Below the pieces are notes generated by a model. It was not told the origin of the DNA. It saw only the letters and a list, made by a program, of their open reading frames with translations, and ran no database searches. The position numbers and the translations under genes were made by a program. A stretch of DNA of 64,000 nucleotides, from contig JAMWBK010000011.1 in the NCBI GenBank assembly GCA_029953675.1, positions 186,001 through 250,000 on the forward strand. The letters are read 5' to 3'. The stretch is from Rhodosorus marinus CCMP1338. Lineage: Eukaryota > Plantae > Rhodophyta. The first letter of the stretch is position 1, and each line of letters begins with the position of its first letter. Of this stretch, positions 1 to 11,605 are shown piece after piece.

Positions 1-1026
1 AGGTGATCACCAGGTCGGCTACACGGCGTTCATCATTTTGAAAGTCCGCGACGGGTAAAGGTTTCTCACGTTTGATTTCCAGACCGGCTTGCCGGACTAT
101 AGGCTGAAGTTCCCACTATAACAGGTTCAAGATCCGTGTATGGCGGCGGGTTCGAGCACCTTTCACCGCCGGGCAATTAGCGAGCAGGTGGGCGCCAAAA
201 TCTGCGTTGTCTTCAGTCTGAGAGAAGAGAGGGCACGACGAACCCATCTCGTACGGCCAGGGGGGCTGATGTAAGCCGAGGTATAAGCGCAGTGAAATAC
301 GCACTTCGAAATCCGACAGTGTGAGTGGCGGAAAGGCTGGTACGGTCATGAGCCACTGAGAGCTAATAACCCCTCCAAGAACACGTAGGCGGGCGCGGGC
401 GCGAGAAGATGAGACCATCTGCGCGAGGAGTCGGCCATATGCAGCACGGTGCAAGTCCCAAGAAAGGATATTTTGCAGCGCATCCGTGCGTGCTTTAGCT
501 CGGCTCCCAGCGCGCTGGGAATCATCAGGAGGATCAACTGGAACTTCTTCTTCTGCGGCAACCACTGGGTCAATCTCCCCTAGAACAGGTTCAGGCGCAG
601 GGCGAATCCCCGGGGCGGAGCCTCGAGAGCGGTCAAATACAGCTCGCCAGTCAGGAAGACTAACTAAACCCGCCCACGCTGAGCTCCACACGCGCTGAGA
701 GAACGGCTCCGTCCGCCGGAATGGGTGGGGAAACCCCAACCATAACGATTGGAAGGTGTGAAAAACCGATTCCCCCACGAAACCCCCAAAAAGAGAACTT
801 GTTCCCAACGTTTGCAACCAAAGAAAAACCACCACGACCTCCAAGGGGCGCTAGCAACCCCCAGCACGCACCACACCACTAGAAGATGCGGGGGAAAGGC
901 TGCAGAAAGAAGCGCCTCCCACCGAAGAACACAATTGCGACTCAAAACCACCAAAAGCCAGCACCATACACCCTCACGAAACCGAAAACTCTCACTTAAA
1001 TCGAGCAAAAATAAGCGCATGCATTT
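1..1026 (-). mobile_element. Family A RLE non-LTR element, internally deleted copy (5' UTR and first ~90 nt of ORF1 joined to the C-terminal region), cut by the window edge
   Basis: 1-660 is the reverse complement of ~8245-8905. 664-960 matches the 5' region at 3660-3925. The junction lies at 660-664. Confidence 0.85.
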
Positions 1027-1500
1027 CGGTGACAGAAAGGCCCCCATGATTTAGGTCACCACGGTGGAGGCACATCATCGGTTAGTGGTGGAGCAAATAC
1101 GGGCGAGGCAGGTCACTCTGGGGGTGACGAAGCTTTTCAGTGGTGTTCAGCCATTCTAGAGAAGTCTGGGAGAGACAAGCCGCATGGATACGGTGAACAG
1201 GGTGGGCCATAGGTAGGAGTGAAAGCTCCGGTGTTGACGGCGTTACGTACCAACTGGAAAACCTGGCGGTGAGCGACGACGTAGACGTGCCCATCAAAGT
1301 GGTCCATGCCAAGAATGCACTGGGCTGCAGCTTGGCAGGCCGAAAAATGTCCCACGAGTGCTGGGCTTTACTCTTCGAGCGGTCTGTTCGGCGCGCGGTT
1401 AAGAGGACAAACCGGAGGAGGTCCTCCTTAGGCAGGTAGATCGTGCCCTCCCATGGTCGAGAAGATGACCCGGTTAGGCCCGGTTGATTGCGGCGGACGA
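1027..1500. repeat. Unidentified multicopy module U (copy 1)
   Basis: Homologous to 11606-12000 and 21060-21530. The minus frame gives DHFDGHVY...VNTGAFTPTYGPP in all three copies. Confidence 0.7.
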
Positions 1501-1504
1501 TTGC

Positions 1505-1800
1505 CTGCAACTGCAGCTCCGTGACTATCTAGACGCCCTGGGTGGTTGCGAAAGAGACCTCGCAGCCAGGGAGAAACTACACTATCTATCAAGCCAAAGC
1601 ACTCAATAATGAGGGGGACGAACCGCCAGCCGCGGATACGCAGGTATGACCCTGAAGAAGCGAGAGCTGAGACTCCCCCCAAACCGCAGGCGATCCAAGT
1701 CGAGGCCGAGCACGAAGGTGAACTCAGAAGGGTGGTATACGAGTCCCAATGTACGTCCCACGAAAGGCTTTTTTGGATTACATCGGCCCTCGAGGGGCCT
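1505..1800 (-). mobile_element. Family C RLE retrotransposon fragment
   Basis: RFVPLIIECFGLIDSVVSPWLRGLF matches the RLE C-terminus at 25224-25658. Paralogous to 17780-17990. Confidence 0.7.
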
Positions 1801-3655
1801 GACCCGACCGGGAAACGCCCTCCTCTGCCAGTCTCGACGGCACAGCCACGGCGTCAATATCCTCTGCAGCTTCTACACCACTGTCCAACCTCGACTGGAC
1901 TATGGCAGCGGCAGCACCACGAGATCTGGACAGAGTTGGCCCGGTGATGGTTGAACTTTATCGACATTGTACCAGAGCCAGAAGCGATACTTTGAAAACT
2001 ACGGACTACGAACAAACATCGTTGGTACGCATGCAGGACCTTCAAACAGTAGCGTTGGATGAGACGATTGTATCACCTCTTCGGCGAAGCATTTGAACCG
2101 AAGTGAGAGCGAGAACGGTTGCGCAGCGAAGGTAACCGAGAGCTGGAAGGTCGTATCACCCCTTCGGCGAAGAATGCTTCGCCGAAGGGGTGATACAATC
2201 GTCTCATCCCATTTGAACAGAAGTGAGAGCGAGAACGGTTGCGCAGCGAAGGTAACCGAGAGCTGGAAAATCGCACGTTACAAGGAAGCAATAAGGATTG
2301 AGAAACCGAATAAAATTTTTTTTTACTCCAATCGCAAATGAGAGTTTTGGGAGGACTGGACAAATGGCGCTGGAATTCTTTGCTCGATAGCTGCAGCTGT
2401 AGGCGCTTATTACCGACCGGCGCGCGGAGATCAGCGATGTGCGGGTCAGATGAACGAGAGACTATGGCAAGGTAACGCCGAGATTGCACCAGGCGCACTG
2501 CGTGTGGACTAGCTGGAAAATGCACTGGTTTCTGTTTTTTCTTTCGAACGTAACGTGAGACCCGGTAGCCGGGCTACCGTAAGTACTCCCCTAGATGGCG
2601 GTAGAAATAGTGTTACACTGAAGTAGGCAGCTGCCCAGTAAAGCTTACGGCTACCTTAGTCTGGGACACGTATTATATGTTCACAACCCCATGACTCTGC
2701 AGGCATTCAAGGCCTTTACCACTGCACAAGTTCTACAGGGAGCTGGACACTGAGACATAGCATGGTCCGGGACGCTCTGGCTACACAACTCAGACAATGG
2801 AGACTGGAGGTGACGCTGGAACCGAGTGGACCCCGCCCAGGCAGCCACCTTCGACCGGACATTTTAGCTCGCCACCTTCGGAACTGGAAGCCGTACGTGG
2901 TCGACGTAAAAGTGAGCTCGCCGCTGTTAAAGACCTACCTATACAAAGCGTCCTGGGAGACAGGGTATTCGGCCCACAAGGCAGGGAAGTCCAAATACCG
3001 GCGATCGGAGGTCATAATGATGACATTTTCGTGATCTTCTTCGTGGCGACGGGGGAGGGCTAAGCAAGCTGATGAATCTTTAGAGGAGTTGACACTGCAC
3101 TAGCACCACCCAGCAACACAAGTCAGCGACGCACGCGCAAAACTGAACCGGAGGAAAGGGAATGCACTACTTGCCCCGCAGGCGCGCCCAATTGACGAAG
3201 GGAACTATAACATCGTCCCTCTAGTAGAACATAGCCACACAACCCATTAGGGTTTTTTTAACGCATGGATAGATTGCTTATTCCCTCCTGACGGGCTCCA
3301 ATAGGGAGTCTTTTAGTAAAGCGCTCACGGTTACGTTAGTCTGGTGCTACTCTCGAGAGAGGCTTACCAAACCGCTTTCACCCGACTGTTCACTGGTCCC
3401 CTACTCGACAAAAAAACACCGAGACAAACCACTTAACCACCTCTGTTTCTACAGACAAAACGCCAAATGAACACACCCCGACGGGACTACGATGGTCAAC
3501 TGCACAACTAGCATCCCAGATCCATCTACCCCGTGACTAGGGCTGGTCTCACAGGTTCCAGCCTTTAATTGCGGAAATCTTGGGTATTTGGAAAAGTCAA
3601 GCTTGGAGTGGCAGCGCTAAGGTTTCACCGAACATCCTGAAGAATATCTGGCGCT
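1640..3655. repeat. Segmental duplication, paralogue at ~17830-20160
   Basis: Colinear similarity over ~2 kb, interrupted in the paralogue by the family A insertion at 18406-18894. Confidence 0.85.
2675..3260 (+). mobile_element. Family D RLE retrotransposon 3' fragment
   Basis: Cys/His knuckle remnant, then RHSMVRDAL, RPDILARH..VVDVKVSSPL (PD...D-type endonuclease), ending ALLAPQARPIDEGNYNIVPLVEHSHTTH*. Confidence 0.75.
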
Positions 3656-3660
3656 CCACC
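3545..3660 (+). mobile_element. Family B RLE fragment
   Basis: RFQPF..EKSSLEW..FTEHPEEYLAL matches ORF 44754-45017. Confidence 0.7.
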
Positions 3661-4291
3661 AAAAGGTGGTTTTGAGTCGCAATTATGTTCTTCGGTGGGA
3701 GGCGCTTCTTTCTGCAGCCTTTCCCCCGCTGGGGGTTGCTAGCGCCCCTTGGAGGTCGTGGTGGTTTTTCTTTGGTTGCAAACGTTGGGAACAAGTTCTC
3801 TTTTTGGGGGTTTCGTGGGGGAATCGGTTTTTCACACCTTCCAATCGTTATGGTTGGGGTTTCCCCACCCCATTCCGGCGGACGGAGCCGTTCTCTCAGC
3901 GCGTGTGGAGCTCAGCGTGGGCGGGTTTAGTACCGCGGCCACCCTCACGGACTGCGCTGACGAGTTGGCCCATGGGATCTGCTCGAAACTGACAAGTCTT
4001 CTTGTGACTGCTTCCAAGGAACACCGCCTGCCCCTGCTGATCGCCTATTTGGGGTTACGGCTCCGTCCGCCGGAATGGGTGGGGAAACCCCAACCATAAC
4101 GATTGGAAGGCGTGAAAAACCGATTCCCCCACGAAACCCCCAAAAAGAGAACTTGTTCCCAACGTTTGCAACCAAAGAAAAACCACCACGACCTCCAAGG
4201 GGCGCTAGCAACCCCCAGCGGGGGAAAGGCTGCAGAAAGAAGCGCCTCCCACCGAAGAACATAATTGCGACTCAAAACCACCTTTTGGTGG
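3656..4291. repeat. Long inverted repeat, arms 3656-3891 and 4057-4291 (family A 5' UTR), 165-nt spacer
   Basis: The arms are reverse complements apart from a 1-nt indel in a C run. Confidence 0.95.
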
Positions 4292-4341
4292 TTTTTTGCA
4301 ACATACCCCCCCTGGCTTGATCGGGGCTGTCACGCAGAACG

Positions 4342-4754
4342 ACCGTGGTGCCCTAAATCATCGGGACCTTAGCTGTCACCGCTTGTGAAGCCCAACTTAC
4401 CGATGAGCTTGATCGGACGCTTTTCGCTCCACGCCTAGGAGCAGCCTTGCCCCGCAGCTACTGTGTGGCTTCCGTTCATCCCCGATGCCCCTCGCGCTCT
4501 TCTCCTGACGATGCTACTACCCCACCGCGCCTGCTTCAGGTTGCTTTCAAACCCCTTTCCTCGCGCTGGCAGGCTCCGGCACTTAGAAATGCGGTCCTAC
4601 AGACACATAGAGGTACGGACGGCGAAAACTGAGTTCCCTGCCGGGGAAGTGAATTCGTCTTCCTCCGCCGAAGAGCGATCTATCCCGCTAGGCCCCCAGT
4701 CAGCGGCTGTTCACGACTCAGCTTGCCGGCCCCGAGCTCCCGAGCAGTGCACCC
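4342..4754. repeat. Module U, left part, inverted
   Basis: Reverse complement of ~20735-21096. Confidence 0.85.
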
Positions 4755-6434
4755 GGCGGACGGAGCCGTTCTCTCAGCGCGCGTGGAGCTCAGCGTGGGC
4801 GGGTTTAGTACCGCGGCCACCTTCACGGACTGCGCTGACGAGTTGGCCCATGGGATCTGCTCGAAACTGACAAGTCTTCTTGTGACTGCTTCCAAGGAAC
4901 ACAGCCTGCCCCTGCTGATCGCCTATTTGGGGCGCTACTCCGCCTCCGCGCCTGCCCCGTACCCCCCGGTTCCCGTCCCCGCGGATCCGCACAGTACAGC
5001 GGGGCCTGCCTCCACCCGACCCGAGCTCGATCGTTTTGACGCCGGCTGGGTTCCTTCGTCGGCCTTGCAAAACCTGGATGCCTCGCAGGCTTCGGTTGTC
5101 GCGCTACACACTCATGCGGCGCGGCTCTCGCGCATACAGGCGAGCCTTTTCGCGCGTTTTCCTCCTCGCGGGGTCCTCCGCACCGCGCTAGAGGCCTTCC
5201 TCTCCACTGAGGCCACCCTGTTGGAAGCCCACCCTGCGTTTGACCTTCTGCCGCCAACTCTTGAGCACCCTTCCTCCCCTCGCCCTGTCTCCGAGCCTCG
5301 TGACACCGACATGGCAGAAGCACCATAGGCCTCTCCGAATCCGCTGGCTCTGGACACCCTCAGTCAAGACTCCGCTGCTGAAAACCCTGTGTCTACTTTC
5401 TTCAGGTCTTTTAGTTCCTTCGTGCGCCCCCCACGTAAGCGTCGTGCGGCTCCTGAGCCTCCCTCCGAGGCACCTCCTCCGGATATTCGATCTGCCTTCC
5501 CGACTGAGGGGAGGCCCGATGCCTGAGTCTTCCTCCTCCGCGAGCGTGTCGCCGGTTACCCCTGTTTACCAGTGACCGCTCAGCCTGGCATGAGCGTGTT
5601 CTCTCGTGCTTTTCGCACCTTGTCGCCTCCTACCCGGACGGTTCCCTTCCCCTTTGTCGTCAGAGCACGGCCGTACGGCTCCCTCGTCGACTTCATAAGC
5701 CCCTAGGATTGGTGTTGGATTTTCTCTGGCAGCAGGTCGCCGCGAACCCTCATTGCTTTCTTCGCTGGGAACTCTTGGTCTTTTTTCCCCGCCTCGTGCT
5801 CACCTCCTCTACCGTCCCCCTCAACCCACATCCTCGCCGGGTCCAACCTCGCCGAAAACTGCAATTGTTCCTTTCCGGCGACTTTGAGGACCTCGAACGT
5901 CTTTATTTCGCTTCTCTCTCTTCCTTTTCTCCTAGTGCTCCCTCAGCTTTTAGGTCTTCTCGACAGAATCGGGCGCGTCACGCGGTGGCAGGCGGTGATC
6001 TGCGGCGGGCAGCCGGGATCCTCCAGCAGCGGCAACCTGTGGTTCCATACTCCGATGATCTTTCTTCACCGCTCCGTTTGCTCTTTCCCTCGAAAGGCCC
6101 CCCTTGGGACTCCTCGTTTGAATCAGTGTTGGAAGAGTACCGCGCCGCGCCACATCCCAGTGCGCCGTTAGTGGTCAATCTGGAGGCGGTGCGTGAGTTG
6201 GTTTATGATGCTCCAAAGGGCGGTTCCCCAGGGCCCTCGGGGCTGCGGGTGGAATATCTCCGTTTCTTAAGTGATGAAGGTTTAAAGGCGTTGGCGTGGG
6301 TGGTCGAAGCGCTTGTGAATGGTGATCCCCTGTGTGAGTGTGCTTGGTTCTTGGTCGGGCATCCGCAGTTGTGTCTGCTTTCGAAGCCCGGTCACACGGC
6401 CTCGAGCCCTGCTATTCGCCCTATTGGCCTGGTT

Positions 6435-6469
6435 TGCGTAACCCCAGAGTAACGTAACCCCAGACTAAC
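6435..6469 (-). repeat. Junction filler: two tandem 16-bp units CGTAACCCCAGA(G/C)TAA, telomere-like
   Basis: 6437-6452 and 6453-6468 differ at one base and are absent from the equivalent element positions (7043 and 5857). Confidence 0.85.
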
Positions 6470-9323
6470 TGCAAATGTTCCTTTCCGGCGACTTTGAGGA
6501 CCTCGAACGTCTTTATTTCGCTTCTTTCTCTTCCTTTTCTCCTAGTGCTCCCTCAGCTTTTAGGTCTTCTCGACAGAATCGGGCGCGTCACGCGGTGGCA
6601 GGCGGTAATCTGCGGCGGGCAGCCGGGATCCTCCAGCAGCGGCAACCTGTGGTTCCATACTCCGATGATCTTTCTTCACCGCTCCGTTTGCTCTTTCCCT
6701 CGGAAGGCTCCCCTTGGGACTCCTCGTTTGAATCAGTGTTGGAAGAGTACCGCGCCGCGCCACATCCCAGTGCGCGGTTAGTGGTCAATCTGGAGGCGGT
6801 GCGTGAGTTGGTTCATGATGCTCCAAAGGGCCGTTCCCCAGGGCCCTCGGGGCTGCGGGTGGAATATCTCCGTTTCTTAAGTGATGAAGGTTTGAAGCGT
6901 TGGCGTGGGTGGTCGAAGCTCTTGTGAATGGTGATCCCCTGTGTGAGTGTGCGTGGTTCTTGGTCGGGCGTTCTCAGTTGTGTCTGCTTTTGAAGCCCAG
7001 CCACACGGCCTCGAGCCCTGCTATTCGCCCTATTGGCCTGGTTGAGGTGGTCCGCAAATTGGCGGCGCGATGGTTAGTGAAAATCCTGGTTCCCGAATCC
7101 CGCCGTTTCTTTGGGCACGTGCAGTTAGACGTGGGCTATCGTGGTGGCTGTGAGTTGTTGTCTGTTTTGCTCCGTTCGGAAATGGCGTACTCCCCAGATT
7201 CTGGGCTCCTCTCTGTAGATTTTACCAATGCGTTCAACCGCGTCTCTCGTCCGGCTCTCATGCACGTGGTGCGCGAAGTCTTCCCTGTAGGTTTTCCCTT
7301 TGTTAGTAGACTTTATTCTCCGCTTGGTCGTGGGGCTACCTATGACACCCTTGGCGCTTCCTCACACACGTTTGCGGCGCGCACAGGGGTACAACAGGGT
7401 GATCCCTTGTCCCCTTTCCTACATGCCTGTGGACTACAACTCGTCTTGCTTTGTCTTCGCTCCGAATTCCCGCAGGTTTGTACGGTTGCATACCACGACG
7501 ACGTGTGCCTCCTGGGGCCCCCTGATACTCCAGCACTCGCTTATGATCGTCTCCGCTCCTTGGCTTCGCGGGTTGACCTGGAGGTTAATCATCAAAAATC
7601 GTTCTACTGGGGAGGTGTAGCTGCACAAGATCAGCAGGTACCTGCGTCGTTTTAGGATATTTGGAGACCGGATGGTTTTGTCCACTTAGGCATCCCCTAC
7701 GGGTCGCCGTCCTTCGTTGAAGGCGAGTTGCTGCAGCTCCTCGGTAAGCACAGACAGCTGGTTGCAGAGCTTCGACGGCTACCTCCGGGCTTTCTCCAGT
7801 GCTCGTTGTTGCTGTTTCGTTATTGTTGCAGTCAGCGGTTAACCTATTGGCTTCGCTCATTTCCAACTCATTGGGGCCGGTGGTTGGCCACTCGTGCGGA
7901 TGCTGAAAGTTTCCGTGACCTTGGGTATTTTCTCGATGAAGAGCTGAGCGTTCTGCCGCGACCCACCTGTGATGTTGTGCGCGCCCAGGTAGGCCTCCCA
8001 TTGCGATTGGGGGGACTGGGCCTCTGCAATCGTGTTGTGGTCCAACCTGCAGCCGCAGTAGGGGCCTGGGGAACCGCACTTCCCACTTTGAGCAGCTTGG
8101 GTATCTCGAAGTTCCGCAATTTGATGGCGAGCCTCTCGCGGGGTGTCTTGCTTCCCAGCGTACCGGAAAGCGCCCAAGACTTGTTTCTGGAGCTCCAAAC
8201 CGCCCTGAATTCCTGTACTAGTCTCCCCGAAACCGTTCAACCCCGTCTTCCTGACTGGCAAGCTGTATTTGACCGCTCTCGAGGCTCCGCCCCGGGGATT
8301 CGTCCTGCGCCTGAACCTGTTCTAGGGAGATTGACCCAGTGGTTGCCGCAGAAGAAGAAGTTCCAGTTGATCCTCCTGATGATTCCCAGCGCGCTGGGAG
8401 CCGAGCTCAAGCACGCACGGATGCGCTGCAAAATATCCTTTCTTGGGACTTGCACCGTGCTGCATATGGCCGACTCCTCGCGCAGATGGTCTCATCTTCT
8501 CGCGCTCGCGCCCGCCTACGTAGTCTTGGAGGGGTTATTAGCTCTCAGTGGCTCATGACCGTACCAGCCTTTCCGCCACTCACACTGTCGGATTTCGAAG
8601 TGCGTACTTCACTGCGCTTATACCTCGGCTTACATCAGCCCCCTTGGCCGTACGAGATGGGTTTGTCGTGCCCTCTCTGCTCTCAGACTGAAGACAACGC
8701 AGATTTTGGCGCCCACCTGCTCGCTAGTTGCCCGGCGGTGAAAGGTGCTCGAACCCGCCGCCACACACGGATCTTGAACCTGTTATACCGGGAACTTCGG
8801 CCTATAGTCCGGCAAGCCGGTCTGGAAATCGAACGAGAGAAACCTTTACCCGTCGCGGACTTTCAAAATGATGAACGCCGTGTAGCCGACCTGCTGATCA
8901 CCTGTGTGACGACAGCCGCCGTACCACATACGTTGATCTTGCTGTTCCTAACCCTCAAGCTAGTCGTTATCTCCGGGCTGCGGGGGAACGCCGTGGATCT
9001 GCCGCCGCCAGCATGAGACGCCGCAAATAGATCAAATACGCGGGGGCTTTGTCTTCCCCTGGTGTTCGTGCTTCGGCACTAGCACATCGCTTGGTACCCC
9101 TGATCATTGAGTGCTTTGGGTTCATGGACTCTGTTGGTTCTCGCTGGCTTCGGGAGTTGTTCCGCGAACGCCCTGACCGTCTTCAATCGTTGTTTACCCG
9201 CTTAAGTTTCCTGCTGTGGCGCATGAATGCCGCTTTGATGTTGGAGGCGCGAGTACTTCGCCGCGCTTAGTCTTTTTTCCCCTCGGGGTTTTTTTTTTCA
9301 GCCTCCGATTAAACCATTCGTTC
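6469..9323 (+). mobile_element. 5'-truncated family A copy nested in the host copy
   Basis: Starts at the equivalent of ~5859 and ends in the tail at 9323. The flanks rejoin host sequence with GTT duplicated. Confidence 0.8.
6475..9270 (+). pseudogene. RT-zinc knuckle-RLE polyprotein, broken by frameshifts and stops
   Basis: ORF pieces 6475-6927, 6900-7655, 7728-8558, 8339-9016 and 9049-9270 give colinear RT domains, CPLC...HLLASC, RVADL and LVPLIIECFGF. Confidence 0.9.
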
Positions 9324-11605
9324 GTTGAGGTGGTCCGCAAATTGGCGGCGCGATGGTTAGTGAAAATCCTGGTTCCCGAATCCCGCCGTTTCTTTGGGCA
9401 CGTGCAGTTAGGCGTGGGCTATCGTGGTGGCTGTGAGTTGTTGTCTGTTTTGCTCCGTTCGGAAATGGCGTACTCCCCAGATTCTGGGCTCCTCTCTGTA
9501 GATTTTACCAATGCGTTCAACCGCGTCTCTCGTCCGGCTCTCATGCACGTGGTGCGCGAAGTCTTCCCTGTAGGCTTTCCCTTTGGTAGTAGACTTTATT
9601 CTCCGCTTGGTCGTGGGGCTACCTATGACACCCTTGGCCCTTCCTCACACACGTTTGCGTCCCGCACAGGGGTACAACAGGGTGATCCCTTGTCCCCTTT
9701 CCTACATGCCTGTGGACTACAACTCGTCTTGCTTTGTCTTCGCTCCGAATTCCCGCAGGTTCGTACGGTTGCATACCACGACGACGTGTGCCTCCCGGGG
9801 CCCCCGATACTCTAGCGCTCGCTTATGATCGTCTCCGCTCCTTGGCTTCGCGGGTTGACTTGGAGGTTAAGCATCACAAATCGTTCTACTGGGGAGGTGT
9901 AGCTGCACAAGAGCAGCAGGTACCTGCGTCGTTCCAGGATATTTGGAGACCGGATGGTTTTGTCCACTTAGGCATCCCCTACGGGTCGCCGTCCTTCGTT
10001 GAAGGCGAGTTGCTGCAGCTCCTCGGTAAGCACAGACAGCTGGTTGCAGAGCTTCGCCGGCTACCTCCGGGCTTTCTCCAGTGCTCGTTGTTGCTGTTTC
10101 GGTATTGTTGCAGTCAGCGGTTAACCTATTGGCTCCGCTCACTTCCAACTCATTGGGGAGGGTGGTTGGCCACTCGTGCGGATGCTGAAAGTTTCCGTGA
10201 CCTTGGGTATTTTCTCGATGAGGAGCTGAGCGCTCTGTTGCGACCCACCTGTGATGTTGTGCGCGCCCAGGTAGGCCTCCCATTGCGATTGGGGGGACTG
10301 GGCCTCTGCAACCGTGTTGTGGTCCAACCCGCAGCCGCAGTAGGGGCCTGGGGAACCGCACTTCCCACTTTGAGCAGCTTGGGTATCTCGAAGTTCCGCA
10401 ATTTGATGGCGAGCCTCTCGCGGGGTGTCTTGCTTCCCAGCGTACCGGAAAGCGCCCAAGACTTGTTTCTGGAGCTCCAAACCGCCCTGAATTCCTGTAC
10501 TAGTCTCCCCGAAACCGTTCAACCCCGTCTTCCTGACTGGCGAGCTGTATTTGACCGCTTTCGAGGCTCCGCCCCGGGGATTCGTCCTGCGCCTGAACCT
10601 GTTCTAGGGGAGATTGACCCAGTGGTTGCCGCAGAAGAAGAAGTTCCAGTTGATCCTCCTGATGATTCCCAGCGCTCTGGGAGCCGAGCTAAAGCACGCA
10701 CGGATGCGCTGGAAAATATCATTTTTGGGACTTGCACCGTGCTGCATATGGCCGACTCCTCGCGCAGATGGTCTCATCTTCTCGCGCCCGCGCCCGCGTA
10801 CGTAGTCTTGGAGGGGTTATTAGCTCTCAGTGGCTCATGACCGTACCAGCCTTTCCGCCACTCACACTGTCGGATTTCGAAGTGCGTACTTCACTGCGCT
10901 TATACCTCGGCTTACATCAGCCCCCTGGCCGTACGAGATGGGTTCGTCGTGCCCTCTCTTCTCTCAGACTGAAGACAACGCAGATTTTGGCGCCCACCTG
11001 CTCGCTAATTGCCCGGCGGTGAAAGGTGCTCGAACCCGCCGCCATACACGGATCTTGAACCTGTTATACCGGGAACTTCGGCCTATAGTCCGGCAAGCCG
11101 GTCTGGAAATCGAACGTGAGAAACCTTTACCCGTCGCGGACTTTCAAAATGATGAACGCCGTGTAGCCGGCCTGGTGATCACCTGTGACGACAGCCGCCG
11201 TACCACACATACGTTGATCTTGCTGTTCCTAACCCTCAAGCTAGTCGTTATCTCCGGGCTGCGGGGGAGCGCCGTGGATCTGCCGCCGCCAGCATGAGAC
11301 GCCGCAAAGAGATCAAATACGCGGGGGCTTTGTCTTCCCCTGGTGTTCGTGCTTCGGCACTAGCCCATCGCTTGGTACCCCTGATCATTGAGTGCTTTGG
11401 GTTCATGGACTCTGTTGGGTCACGCTGGCTTCGGGAGTTGTTCCGCGAACGCCCTGACCGTCTTCAATCGTTGTTTACCCGCTTAAGTTTCCTGCTGTGG
11501 CGCATGAATGCCGCTTTCATGTTGGAGGCGCGAGTTCTTCGCCGCACTTAGTCTTTTTTTCCCGTCGGGGTTTTTTCTTTCAGCCTCCGATTAAACCATT
11601 CGTTC

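Larger units (their letters stand above)
4755..11605 (+). mobile_element. Family A CRE-like RLE non-LTR retrotransposon (host copy 4755-6434 plus 9324-11605), interrupted by a nested copy
   Basis: ORF1-like region 4755-5526 (one in-frame TAG, RKRR motif). RT motifs DFTNAFNRVSR, GVQQGDPLSP and YHDD. Knuckle HLLANCP, RLE-type C-terminus, 3' UTR and ATTCGTTC tail. Confidence 0.9.

Noticed and set aside
660-1100. Self-cleaving ribozyme at the element 5' end
   Set aside because: I found no hammerhead core (CUGANGA/GAAA) or HDV topology by eye. An Infernal scan is needed to exclude it.
3130-3250. Apparent C2H2 zinc finger (ECTTCP...HSHTTH)
   Set aside because: The Cys pair and His pair are in different frames. 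The consistent frame is the family D RLE C-terminus.
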